NCBI GenBank assembly: GCA_018334095.1
Contig: JAGXTE010000001.1
Span: forward strand, 30,001 to 54,830
Length of the DNA: 24,830 nucleotides
From: Nitrosarchaeum sp.
Lineage (GTDB): Archaea > Thermoproteota > Nitrososphaeria > Nitrososphaerales > Nitrosopumilaceae
Direction: 5' to 3'
In this document: in pieces, positions 1 through 8,441 of the stretch
Layout: each line of letters starts with the position of its first letter
Position numbering within the stretch: position 1 is the stretch's first letter
Notes under the pieces: model-generated
Seen by the model: only the letters and a program-made list of their open reading frames with translations
Databases searched by the model: none
Told to the model about the DNA's origin: nothing
Translations under genes and position numbers: made by a program

Positions 1-870
1 CTTTTTTTGAAACTCTAAATCTTTTGCTATCTTTTCTTTATCAGATGATATTTTTTTCATCAGTTCATTTCTTTCAGACTTTACCTGTTCTAGTTCTGCT
101 TTTTGTGAAATAATTTGCTCAGATAGTTTTGTCTGATTTTGAATGCTGAGATGTTCTTCTTTTATTTGAGATTCAAGCAGAGTTTTTTCAAGTGAGACTT
201 GTTTTTCATAGTCTTTTCTGTTTAAGATAAGCTGAGATAGTTTTGAGCGTTGCAGTTGGAGTTGGTCATGTTCTTTTTTCTTTTCTGCAAGTAGTTCTTC
301 TTCGGTTTTTATTTTTTCATATATTCCGGTCAGCTCGTTTGAGTTATTTTCAGGAGGTGACCAGTCCTTTGGCATTGAGCCTCGCAGTTTTTGAACTTCA
401 GGCTTTGGAGGAGGTTTTTCCTCAAAGACGGTCTCTTTTTTTGGAGCAGAATAACGGTTTTTAGAATACTCTGATTTTGTAACCAGATTATTTTCAGGTG
501 GCGTATCTTGCACATTGAGTTTGCTTTCAAGATATACTTGGTCAGAATGATAAAGCGGTTTGTTTTGATATATCATGTCATAGATGTGCTGCAATCTTCC
601 GGGGTCGCCTGTCTCAGCGTTTATCAGCGATTGAATCTTTGCAAGTACGGGATTGTCGTTTGGTTTTTTCTCATCAATTATTTCAAATGATACGTTGAGC
701 TTGCTTTCCAAATAATTTTTGTCAGATTGGTAGAGCGGTTTGTTTTGTTTGAAATGTTCTAAAATGTGATAAAGCCTCCCCACATCGCCTTTATTGGTGT
801 CTATAAAATATTGAATTTTTTCAATGATTTGTGAATTTGTGAATTGTTGGATATTACCAGTGCTTTCCAA
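1..870 (-). CDS. hypothetical coiled-coil protein with two N-terminal 42-aa repeats; 3' end lies beyond the window
   Basis: Absent from the ORF track because it has a TTG start and no in-window stop. Hand translation of the minus strand from TTG 870-868 (in-frame TGA immediately upstream) stays open for all 290 codons to position 1. Repeats are aa 19-60 and 79-120 (..GDxGRLxHI..QNKPLYxSDxxYLESKLNV), followed by a P/K-rich linker and an E/K/Q/L-rich coiled-coil-like tail. Confidence 0.6.
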   Translation of the reverse strand, partial: MESTGNIQQFTNSQIIEKIQYFIDTNKGDVGRLYHILEHFKQNKPLYQSDKNYLESKLNVSFEIIDEKKPNDNPVLAKIQSLINAETGDPGRLQHIYDMIYQNKPLYHSDQVYLESKLNVQDTPPENNLVTKSEYSKNRYSAPKKETVFEEKPPPKPEVQKLRGSMPKDWSPPENNSNELTGIYEKIKTEEELLAEKKKEHDQLQLQRSKLSQLILNRKDYEKQVSLEKTLLESQIKEEHLSIQNQTKLSEQIISQKAELEQVKSERNELMKKISSDKEKIAKDLEFQKK

Positions 871-950
871 TCACTTTTGAGATAGTTTGCTAAAGTATAA
901 AAAAACAGGTAAACAAATTTCACATTTTCATAAATTTAAAATGATTCCGA

Positions 951-1817
951 TCAGAGTTTTATTTTAAATCCAGATTTTTGGCTTGCAAGCATAATACTCA
1001 TGGTAGCAACTGCAAGTATCACAATTGACATGACTCCAAATTCGGGCACGATAGACGTTCCAATTATTGTAAGCAGTTTTGCATCATTTGGCAATACAAC
1101 AGTTACAGTAGAGATGTCATTTTCATTTGTCTCATCAAAGTCGGTGATCTTTTTTCCATCAATAAAAATTACAAACGGACCGTCAATTAGATCAGATGGC
1201 AATTTAATTTTCAGTGTTCCATCGTCGGATTTAGCATTTCCAACTATCTCAAACGTGATTGATTTTTGGCCCTCATCAATTGTGCTCACAGCAAGAAGTC
1301 TATCAGAAAGATATTCCACGTTAAAGGTTGTAGTGCCATCACCTATTGTCTTTCCAACTTGATTGATTGTTTTTGTTCCATCTGTAACAAAGACGGTTCC
1401 AACCATCCAAGGGTGAATTAGGCAATAGTACGGGAATTGACCAGTTTGGGTAAAAGTAAATTTGTATGATTGCCCAGGAGAGATAAAATTTGAACCGCCA
1501 AAAATACCATCAGGTCCATCCTCGACAGTTCCCGATGTAATGGTATGTTTTGCAGTATCTGCGTTTTGCCATACAACAGTATCACCAACAGAGATATCAA
1601 TGTCACCAGATGCTAATCCAGATTTTTCATTTTGCCAAAAATATGGAGCGTCAGGACTTGCAGAGCCAGTCGGCATGTTGATGTCATAACTTGTCGCAAA
1701 AGCTACACTACTAAAGGATACAGAAGATATTATTAAAACAAAGATCAAAAAAAGAATATTCATACTAGACAAAAGTTGTTTTAAGTTAAAGAGATTACGG
1801 TGTATAAAATCAATCAC
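951..1817 (-). CDS. type-1 (blue) copper protein, amicyanin/plastocyanin-like cupredoxin with PEFG-CTERM archaeal sorting tail
   Basis: Cu-ligand pattern is H (TAKHTITSG) plus YYCLIHPWM (C-x2-H-x2-M). The C-terminus is PEFG, a hydrophobic helix and a basic tail. The real start is probably the internal ATG at 1763, which gives the signal peptide MNILFLIFVLIISSVSFSSVAFA. Confidence 0.85.
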   Translation of the reverse strand: MIDFIHRNLFNLKQLLSSMNILFLIFVLIISSVSFSSVAFATSYDINMPTGSASPDAPYFWQNEKSGLASGDIDISVGDTVVWQNADTAKHTITSGTVEDGPDGIFGGSNFISPGQSYKFTFTQTGQFPYYCLIHPWMVGTVFVTDGTKTINQVGKTIGDGTTTFNVEYLSDRLLAVSTIDEGQKSITFEIVGNAKSDDGTLKIKLPSDLIDGPFVIFIDGKKITDFDETNENDISTVTVVLPNDAKLLTIIGTSIVPEFGVMSIVILAVATMSIMLASQKSGFKIKL

Positions 1818-1879
1818 ATTTTTTCAATTTGAAATAAAAAATATCGATATTTATTAGATTGAATAAGGTTTAAAATTTA

Positions 1880-2134
1880 ATGAAAAGCGGAACAATAATC
1901 ATTATTGCTGGTGGAGTTATGATTTTGTTTGGGCTGATATTGTTTTATGGAATGCAAGGGGTAACATCCGCAGATCCTGATGAGAAAAAATTCTTTTCTG
2001 CAATAAAGCATACAGGTACATTTACTGGATTGCTTGGGATAGGAGTATCCATAGCAGGATTCTTACTATATCTTATGAATAGAAAGCCTGCCCCAATTAT
2101 CGAAGACTATGGAAATTCGGATTTGCAAGAGTAG
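1880..2134 (+). CDS. small membrane protein (two predicted TM helices)
   Basis: 84-aa ORF with two hydrophobic stretches (IIIIAGGVMILFGLILFY, FTGLLGIGVSIAGFLLYL). It sits in its own intergenic slot. Confidence 0.5.
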   Translation: MKSGTIIIIAGGVMILFGLILFYGMQGVTSADPDEKKFFSAIKHTGTFTGLLGIGVSIAGFLLYLMNRKPAPIIEDYGNSDLQE

Positions 2135-2163
2135 ATTATTTCCAGCTAAATCTCAAGAGGATT

Positions 2164-2355
2164 TTAGCAGCTAGCCAATATATTTTTGAATTCCTCTACT
2201 GGAACGATAAACTTGCACTGTTTGCAAAACAATACTTCTTTGTTTGCCATCTCTTTTATTGCAGTTGGTATTTTTCCACAATAAAGAGCAGAGCCATTAC
2301 AGTTAGGACAGCACGCAAGTAATTGAGTCATACCAAATTCATTTTTGATATTCAT
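2164..2355 (-). CDS. small zinc-ribbon protein
   Basis: 63-aa ORF with CPNC...CKQC cysteine pairs. Confidence 0.5.
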   Translation of the reverse strand: MNIKNEFGMTQLLACCPNCNGSALYCGKIPTAIKEMANKEVLFCKQCKFIVPVEEFKNILASC

Positions 2356-2468
2356 AATTCAATTACGTGATTCTGATATATTAATAGAAAGAAGAAATCG
2401 TACTAGTGCCAATTATCTGAAATTGCCAGTTCAAAAATTATAATAGGACTGCGATTTAACTTTAAAAA

Positions 2469-2894
2469 TTGTCAGACAAGATTTGGCTTGGTGCAATTTA
2501 TCTCAGAGATGAGGGAGGATACGAAATTATTCTAAGATCATTGAATCATTATAAAAAAAGACTGAAAACTCTTGGGAGCAGCCCAGAATTAAAAGACTCA
2601 TCAGCAATGTTTGGCTCTTTGCTTCAGCAAGAAGCCATGAAGACAATTCCAAAGATAGACGAGATGATAAAAAAGATCAAAGATGCATTATCAGATGATA
2701 TGGTTCTAAACTCACTAAGTGAGGACAGGTCATTTCTTGTAAAGGCACTCTCATGTTACGAGTCAGATATCAACAAGGCACAAAATACCGGACACGAGTA
2801 TTTTTTAAAATTGGTCGGGGATTTGCAATTTGTAAAAAAAGACCTAGACATAGTCAAAAATGCCCTAGATAAAATCAACCAATTTTCAGATTAG
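2469..2894 (+). CDS. hypothetical protein
   Basis: 141-aa ORF with a TTG start, non-overlapping, helical-looking composition. No family recognised. Confidence 0.45.
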   Translation: MSDKIWLGAIYLRDEGGYEIILRSLNHYKKRLKTLGSSPELKDSSAMFGSLLQQEAMKTIPKIDEMIKKIKDALSDDMVLNSLSEDRSFLVKALSCYESDINKAQNTGHEYFLKLVGDLQFVKKDLDIVKNALDKINQFSD

Positions 2895-3124
2895 GAATTT
2901 CCTTGAATATACCAATCAAGGTAAGGCATCATGGTCTTGCAGAACTTTTTCTTTTCAGCCTCATCAGTCATGCCTGAAACACCATTAATCTTTCCTTTTA
3001 GGTAATCCTGAGTAATTTCACTTTTAAGGTATGGCTGAATCTGGTTTAGAATTGCTATTATTTTATCAGATGTGACATTATCAAAATCATTTAAAATTTC
3101 TTTGACTTGATCTTGCAACGTCAT
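2891..3124 (-). CDS. hypothetical protein
   Basis: 77-aa ORF that fits tightly between its neighbours. No family recognised. Confidence 0.4.
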   Translation of the reverse strand: MTLQDQVKEILNDFDNVTSDKIIAILNQIQPYLKSEITQDYLKGKINGVSGMTDEAEKKKFCKTMMPYLDWYIQGNS

Positions 3125-3155
3125 TATTCAAACTAGAATAAATCCCATTATTACT

Positions 3156-3404
3156 TTATTGTTTGTTTTCCAAAATTAGGTCATTGTCATCCCAAGTTAG
3201 ACGGAATTTTCCAACAACTCGGAATAGTTGTATTCTACCACCTTTTTTGAACTTTAGTTTGTATGAGTTCTGAGACGTATCATAAATCTCTAAAGAAACA
3301 CCGTCTGTAATTGTTTCAAATATTACAGGGTTGCTTGATAGTTCTTTCCACTCTGTTGGTTCAAAATCAATATAGAATTTAGTGTAAAGAAGTCCCATGT
3401 TCAT
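3156..3404 (-). CDS. hypothetical protein
   Basis: 82-aa ORF. No family recognised. Confidence 0.4.
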   Translation of the reverse strand: MNMGLLYTKFYIDFEPTEWKELSSNPVIFETITDGVSLEIYDTSQNSYKLKFKKGGRIQLFRVVGKFRLTWDDNDLILENKQ

Positions 3405-3442
3405 AGACGGTTAAACATTCCCGAATAAAAACGAGTCTCAAG

Positions 3443-4027
3443 TCATTCTACTTCTTGATAGCTTTTAGGCATACTTGAATAAAGATAGCTCATCACTGTT
3501 GGAAAAATTGTATCGTGATCCTTATCATTTTGAATTATGACAAATACCTGATGGATTAATTGCTGGATTTCCAGATGTTCATCACGGTATAGAGTTTTTT
3601 TTGGATTTTTGTTTGAATCCAAAAGTGTAAACCCGTTGTCAGTTTGCAGCAGATTTTTCAGTACAGAATTTGTGATTTTGATCTTTTCATTTACATCTTT
3701 GTGGCGGTAATCTTCCTCTAGTTTTTTTATGTAATTTTTAAGATTGTGAAATGCAGTGTTTGTTATTCTTTCAACATGCTGCTGAAATTTTGTAGCATAG
3801 TTTGATGTTGGAACATAAAATTTCATGTTTGCTTTTTTCTCTACAAAGATTATCTCTTTGTCAATAAGCGAATCCCTAGTCTTCTCAAATGTTGTTTTTG
3901 CCATATACTCGGGAACAATCTTCTTTAAGAGAGCATTGTGATGCATCTCAGGGTTGTTTTTTATGCATTCAAAAATTATTCTTTCACGCTCATAGAGTTC
4001 TGATGTAGGCTCAATATGGGTTATCAT
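3443..4027 (-). CDS. putative winged-helix DNA-binding protein
   Basis: The N-terminal segment IIFECIKNNPEMHHNALLKKI...TFEKTRDSLIDKEIIFVEKK resembles a wHTH, and the C-terminus is helical. The assignment is by pattern only. Confidence 0.5.
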   Translation of the reverse strand: MITHIEPTSELYERERIIFECIKNNPEMHHNALLKKIVPEYMAKTTFEKTRDSLIDKEIIFVEKKANMKFYVPTSNYATKFQQHVERITNTAFHNLKNYIKKLEEDYRHKDVNEKIKITNSVLKNLLQTDNGFTLLDSNKNPKKTLYRDEHLEIQQLIHQVFVIIQNDKDHDTIFPTVMSYLYSSMPKSYQEVE

Positions 4028-4113
4028 TACTAGGTCGACCTAGTATATACAGGTCATATATTTATCATTATCTACTATTCAGTTAGGCATCACGAAGAGA
4101 ATGTGCTAATTAA

Positions 4114-4497
4114 TCAGACAAGAGAATCTTGAATCTTCTTTGTGTCAGTGAATTGTCTGAATTGGATGATTTTGTGGTCTTTAATTTGGTAAACGTGTGA
4201 AAAGGGAACATCAAACTTTCTACCTTTTTTTGAGATGCCTTGGTATCTTCCAATGACTATAACATGATCATCTGCATCCAAAAACTGGTCAGTAACTGCA
4301 TGAAACTCTGAAAAATTTTTCAGCATGCCAGGAAAATAATCTCCAAAGATTGCATTTAATCCGACATATCTTCCACTGTTTGGCATTCCATCCATTGTTA
4401 TCCACTCTGTTTTTTCATCGCAAAATAAAGGATATTTTTCAGTGTCTTTATTTTTAAAAGCGTCATAGAATTTTTTTATCAGCTCAATGTTTGACAT
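4114..4497 (-). CDS. SnoaL/NTF2-like fold protein
   Basis: N-terminal IELIKKFYDAFKNKD... and a ~127-aa length are typical of SnoaL-like/ketosteroid-isomerase-like domains. Confidence 0.6.
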   Translation of the reverse strand: MSNIELIKKFYDAFKNKDTEKYPLFCDEKTEWITMDGMPNSGRYVGLNAIFGDYFPGMLKNFSEFHAVTDQFLDADDHVIVIGRYQGISKKGRKFDVPFSHVYQIKDHKIIQFRQFTDTKKIQDSLV

Positions 4498-4591
4498 GTT
4501 GTTTTAGTTCATCATATTTTCATAAACGTTACGAATACAATGTTAATTTATTTATAAAAAAGATATATGTATAAAATTTAAAATATGTTTT

Positions 4592-5020
4592 GTGAAAGAT
4601 ATACCGTTTGACTTTCATGGTGCAAAGTTTACAATCAAGGTTTTGACTTCTGAGACAAATGGTATCTATACCATTTTAGATGTGATTCATCCTCCAAATT
4701 TAGGACCGGCATTGCACATGCATCCCAAAGGTCCTGAAACCTTTTACATAGTTGACGGAGAGTATGAATTCATTTTAGATGATAAAACAATAATGGCAGA
4801 AACTGGAGATATGATTTTTGTTCCAAAGGGAAAGCCACACAGGTTTGTAGTAGGAAAAAATGGCGGTCATGCACTTGTAATTAGTCCGCCAGATCTAGAG
4901 TTTTACTTTTACAAAGTTAGCGAATTACTTGCAAAAGGAGTCGTATCATATGAGACTGAATCAGACATTGGAAAGAAATATGGTCAGATTTTCTTGGATG
5001 GTACAAAGCACTGGGAATAA
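4592..5020 (+). CDS. cupin domain protein
   Basis: Cupin motifs are HMHPKGPETFYIVDGEYEF and GDMIFVPKGKPHRF. The start is GTG. Confidence 0.8.
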   Translation: MKDIPFDFHGAKFTIKVLTSETNGIYTILDVIHPPNLGPALHMHPKGPETFYIVDGEYEFILDDKTIMAETGDMIFVPKGKPHRFVVGKNGGHALVISPPDLEFYFYKVSELLAKGVVSYETESDIGKKYGQIFLDGTKHWE

Positions 5021-5024
5021 TCAA

Positions 5025-5252
5025 TTATTTTTTGGTGTTTTTTGAATCTCTTTCTGAAATTAAAAATTCTAGTTTTTTATGCAAATCATCCAAGTTACGT
5101 TCCAATCTTCTTAGAGTTTCAATCAGGGCATCAGATTTAGACTCTTCAAGTTCTTTGGTTACAGATTCCTTATGTTTCTCAAGCTTCTTGATTCTTTGCT
5201 CTGTCTCAAAAACGGCAGTTTGTAACGCCTCAAAATCATTTTCAAAACCCAA
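5025..5252 (-). CDS. small coiled-coil protein (hypothetical)
   Basis: 75-aa charged helical ORF. The overlapping + strand ORF 5032-5283 has S/L-rich low-complexity composition and is taken as the spurious partner. Confidence 0.4.
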   Translation of the reverse strand: MGFENDFEALQTAVFETEQRIKKLEKHKESVTKELEESKSDALIETLRRLERNLDDLHKKLEFLISERDSKNTKK

Positions 5253-5304
5253 TTTATTGATTTTTGGAAAATTCTGGACTTAAAGATTTTGCAATTGTTG
5301 AAAA

Positions 5305-5514
5305 TTACATTAAATGATTAAATTCAGAAAACATTATCATGATAATTCCAATAGTTACATCGATGATAAAATGAATAATGCCAACAATGAGACAGTTTTT
5401 CCCTAATTTTGGATCATCTTTTTTTACAATAAAGTATGAAACTAGACCTCCAATAATTCCAAAAATAATTGGCAAAACATACCATGCCTTTGATCTTCGT
5501 TGCGGTTCACTCAA
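5305..5514 (-). CDS. small membrane protein (hypothetical)
   Basis: 69-aa ORF with two hydrophobic helices. Confidence 0.45.
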   Translation of the reverse strand: MSEPQRRSKAWYVLPIIFGIIGGLVSYFIVKKDDPKLGKNCLIVGIIHFIIDVTIGIIMIMFSEFNHLM

Positions 5515-5551
5515 TAGGACATGGGATTATGGAACAAACTTAAGGGTTTGG

Positions 5552-5758
5552 TTACTTGTCAGACTGAATTAGTTGGATAAGACGTTCGATGTTTTTGATA
5601 TCATTTAATTCATTATTTAGAAGGGATTCGTATCTTCTCATCTCAACTAATGAGGTGATATTTCTTAGTGCTTCTTGAAGCTCTGAAATCTTTGTTCTTG
5701 TGACATCAGCCCAAGTTGCAAGCATCTCTAATGCCTCTTTGACATCAGCTTCTTTCAT
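5552..5758 (-). CDS. small helical protein (hypothetical)
   Basis: 68-aa ORF on the same strand as its neighbours. Confidence 0.4.
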   Translation of the reverse strand: MKEADVKEALEMLATWADVTRTKISELQEALRNITSLVEMRRYESLLNNELNDIKNIERLIQLIQSDK

Positions 5759-5816
5759 ATTATTCCATAGAGGATCTTTTAGATTAATTTTATCATTAGA
5801 TAAATTGGGTGCTAGT

Positions 5817-6674
5817 TTATTTTGTGATAACCCAATCGTAAATAATTTTTATTTGCTCCAAGACTATTGCGTTTATTTCAGCGATTTTTTTCTCTAATTG
5901 TGAGTTGTATTCTTTTAATTCTTTATTTTCTTTTTCTAGTTCTGCTATTCTTTTCTCTAGTTTGATTACCAAACCATTGTCTGCTGATGGTTGAGCATTT
6001 GGAGCAAGATTTGCATCATAGTATGGTTTTTTATCATAATGTCTGTTATCATATTTCTCAAAAAATGAAACCACTTGTTTTGCCTCGTCATATGTCAGAT
6101 CAGTCTCAGATACAATCAATTCCAAGAGACTATCAATTTGGCCAGACTCCCAAAGACTTTGGATCTTCTCCATTGGGATAGAATCCATTATTCTTTGGGC
6201 CATTGGCTCTATTGCCTTCCACTGAGGATCATCAAGATATGGCTCCTTTGGTGGATGTGGTTTTACATAATCATCTTTTGAATCTTGGTACTGGGGTTTT
6301 GTCGGAGTTTGGTTGATTTCATTTTTAAAAATTTTATGTAGCTCATCTAACTCTTGCATCTTCATAAATTCCAGATTCTTTCTCTTTTTGTCAAATTCTG
6401 CGATGAATTGATTGAACATCGAATCAATCTCAGATTGGGTAAGGTTTGGATTTGCCTCAATTTTATTATAAATTTCCATCTTTACTTGACGGTACTCTTT
6501 TTCAAGATTCTCAAACTCTATCTGATAACGTTTTTCAATTTCATGTCTTTTTTCTTCATATTTTCTTTTGACATCACTAGAGTTCTCATATGATGCTGTA
6601 CTTTCTGCCATCGCAGGGCTAATTCCTACAAGCAGTACTGCAAACAATCCAAGAAGAGATAATGCCACTTTCAT
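5817..6674 (-). CDS. secreted coiled-coil protein (hypothetical)
   Basis: Signal peptide MKVALSLLGLFAVLLVGISPAMA, followed by E/K-rich heptad-like regions at both ends. Confidence 0.6.
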   Translation of the reverse strand: MKVALSLLGLFAVLLVGISPAMAESTASYENSSDVKRKYEEKRHEIEKRYQIEFENLEKEYRQVKMEIYNKIEANPNLTQSEIDSMFNQFIAEFDKKRKNLEFMKMQELDELHKIFKNEINQTPTKPQYQDSKDDYVKPHPPKEPYLDDPQWKAIEPMAQRIMDSIPMEKIQSLWESGQIDSLLELIVSETDLTYDEAKQVVSFFEKYDNRHYDKKPYYDANLAPNAQPSADNGLVIKLEKRIAELEKENKELKEYNSQLEKKIAEINAIVLEQIKIIYDWVITK

Positions 6675-6824
6675 TAATTTTTGAACAAAATTTCGGTATT
6701 AAAAGGGAAACATGTAATGTATAGTAACAGTAATAATCTAAAACAAAATTCACGCCTAAATTACATGTTATAGAGTTCATTTTTAATGAAATTGATACAC
6801 AAATCAGAAATTAAATCAGCAAAA

Positions 6825-7370
6825 TCATACGATAGTGAATTTTGTGCCGAGTGTTTTGCCCATGACTTCCAAAGCATATCTGCAAACATTTGGGTTTAGT
6901 GTGAAAAATCCTCTGAATTTTCCATCCTCATATTCCTCTGCAATCAAACCAAATGGCCCATATGGTCCTCTAGTGATTACACTCCAAACATCATCAAGCT
7001 CAGTATCTTTGCAATTAATTAGATTAATTTTTGGAGGAGTTTTAATCTCAGTTTTTCCGTAATCTGCAATTACCCAAATTTTTGGTATTTGCTCAATTAG
7101 TTTCTGATATCTTTTTTCTACAAATTTGTATCTTGCAATTTTTTCAAAAGTTGCAAGCAGTGGTTGAGCATTATCTTGTGCATGTTTTTCAATTAACTTG
7201 CTAATGTGAAGTAGTTGTTTTCGCTCTGCATGAAAATTATGATATCCAGCTTCGATGAATTTATCCATACTCCACATTTGAAGCATTGAAGGATCTTCAT
7301 CATGCCATTCTGCAAGCTGTGGAAATTGTTCCCAGACTTTACCTAGAAAACCAAGATATGGTGCCGCCAT
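6825..7370 (-). CDS. hypothetical protein
   Basis: 181-aa ORF with normal globular composition. No family recognised. Confidence 0.55.
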   Translation of the reverse strand: MAAPYLGFLGKVWEQFPQLAEWHDEDPSMLQMWSMDKFIEAGYHNFHAERKQLLHISKLIEKHAQDNAQPLLATFEKIARYKFVEKRYQKLIEQIPKIWVIADYGKTEIKTPPKINLINCKDTELDDVWSVITRGPYGPFGLIAEEYEDGKFRGFFTLNPNVCRYALEVMGKTLGTKFTIV

Positions 7371-7466
7371 CCATTTATCAAAGTAAAAATCAGATATAAG
7401 TTAATCCTTGCTTATGATTTTTGATAATTACAAATTGTTTTTATGGTGTAAGGTAATACAATAGTC

Positions 7467-7871
7467 ATGGGACGGTATGAGAAAGTTCTCAATATGCTAA
7501 TGGATTATGATGAGTCAATACGTCTAGCAATAATTAGCAATACATCAGGGGACATATTATGGCATTCTAAAAGAAACGATGCAAAACTTCAAGTTCCAAT
7601 TGCTGAAACAAAAAAAGCACTCAAGCGCGAATCAGATGACTGGGTTGATAGGTGTAAAACTGCAGATCGAGCAGCTTTAGGTCGTGCCCTTTATCACATA
7701 ACGTCATTTAAGAAGACAAAAAGAGTCACATTGCCAATTGATGCATTTCATCTATTGTTTATGAGTGTGGATAATACCCCTATGAAAAATACAAAGAAGA
7801 AAAGTTATGGAAAATTAGTCGAGATGGGAAAAATATTGTCAATAGTTGACTTTGTAAACACATTTGAATAA
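7467..7871 (+). CDS. hypothetical protein, tandem paralog A (possibly Roadblock/LC7-like)
   Basis: 134 aa, and alignable end to end with the next ORF (YEKVLNMLMDYDESIR.. / ..EMGKILSIVDFVNTFE). Confidence 0.55.
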   Translation: MGRYEKVLNMLMDYDESIRLAIISNTSGDILWHSKRNDAKLQVPIAETKKALKRESDDWVDRCKTADRAALGRALYHITSFKKTKRVTLPIDAFHLLFMSVDNTPMKNTKKKSYGKLVEMGKILSIVDFVNTFE

Positions 7872-7944
7872 AACAGTTTTTCCAAAGTTTGACACTAGAA
7901 TAATCATTTAGAATATTTATTAACACAAATTCACAATATACCAC

Positions 7945-8349
7945 ATGGACAAATATGAGAAACTTCTCAACATGCTAATGGATTTTAATGACAACATCAG
8001 ATATGCAGCAGTTGCAGACAGTGATGGTCAAATAATGTGGAACAGTCAGAGAACTGGATTAAAAAATATCGTACCACCAGAAGAGACAAAACAGACTATT
8101 GGTAGAGCATTGCGCGGTTGGAAAGAAAACGAAACTGTAAAAAATTATCTTGGTTCAGGACTATATTCAATTTCATCATATGAAAAAATAAAGAGAATAT
8201 CAGTTCCATTGGATGGTGGAAAGATGTTGTTTTGTACAGTTAGCAATGAGCCACTAGGAAAATCATCAGACGGTAAGAAGGGATACGGTCACATTGCAGA
8301 GATGGGAAAGATACTATCAATAGTTGATTTTATTAAAACTCAAAAATGA
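7945..8349 (+). CDS. hypothetical protein, tandem paralog B (possibly Roadblock/LC7-like)
   Basis: 134 aa, the same length and same conserved blocks as 7467-7871 (YEKLLNMLMDFNDNIR.. / ..EMGKILSIVDFIKTQK). Confidence 0.55.
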   Translation: MDKYEKLLNMLMDFNDNIRYAAVADSDGQIMWNSQRTGLKNIVPPEETKQTIGRALRGWKENETVKNYLGSGLYSISSYEKIKRISVPLDGGKMLFCTVSNEPLGKSSDGKKGYGHIAEMGKILSIVDFIKTQK

Positions 8350-8441
8350 ACGGTCATTAACCTTCATTGTTAATATTTAAACTGGGTGCTGTTTTTTTCA
8401 AAAAAATCTAGGATTTAATCAGTGCTTCAAAGTAAATCTAG

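Noticed and set aside
1000-1689. ORFs 1000-1362 (+), 1418-1606 (-) and 1462-1689 (+) overlapping the cupredoxin gene
   Set aside because: They are shadow or alternative-frame ORFs. The 288-aa frame has the signal peptide, the Cu-ligand motif and the PEFG-CTERM tail.
1836-1850. aaaaatatcgat as a third copy of the TSD
   Set aside because: Only tatcgat matches the 15-mer, and the flanking sequence shows no TIR-like similarity.
5032-5283. Plus-strand 83-aa ORF opposite the 75-aa coiled-coil ORF
   Set aside because: Its S/L/F-rich low-complexity translation looks like the antisense shadow of an E/K-rich helix. Only one of the pair can be real, and even the minus-strand call is low confidence.
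6708-6768. 10-bp inverted repeat aacatgtaat / attacatgtt separated by 41 nt in the 6675-6824 intergenic region
   Set aside because: The core acatgt is self-palindromic and the region is AT-rich. With many intergenic regions examined, a single 10-bp match is weak evidence, and there are no supporting features such as a T-run or box motifs.
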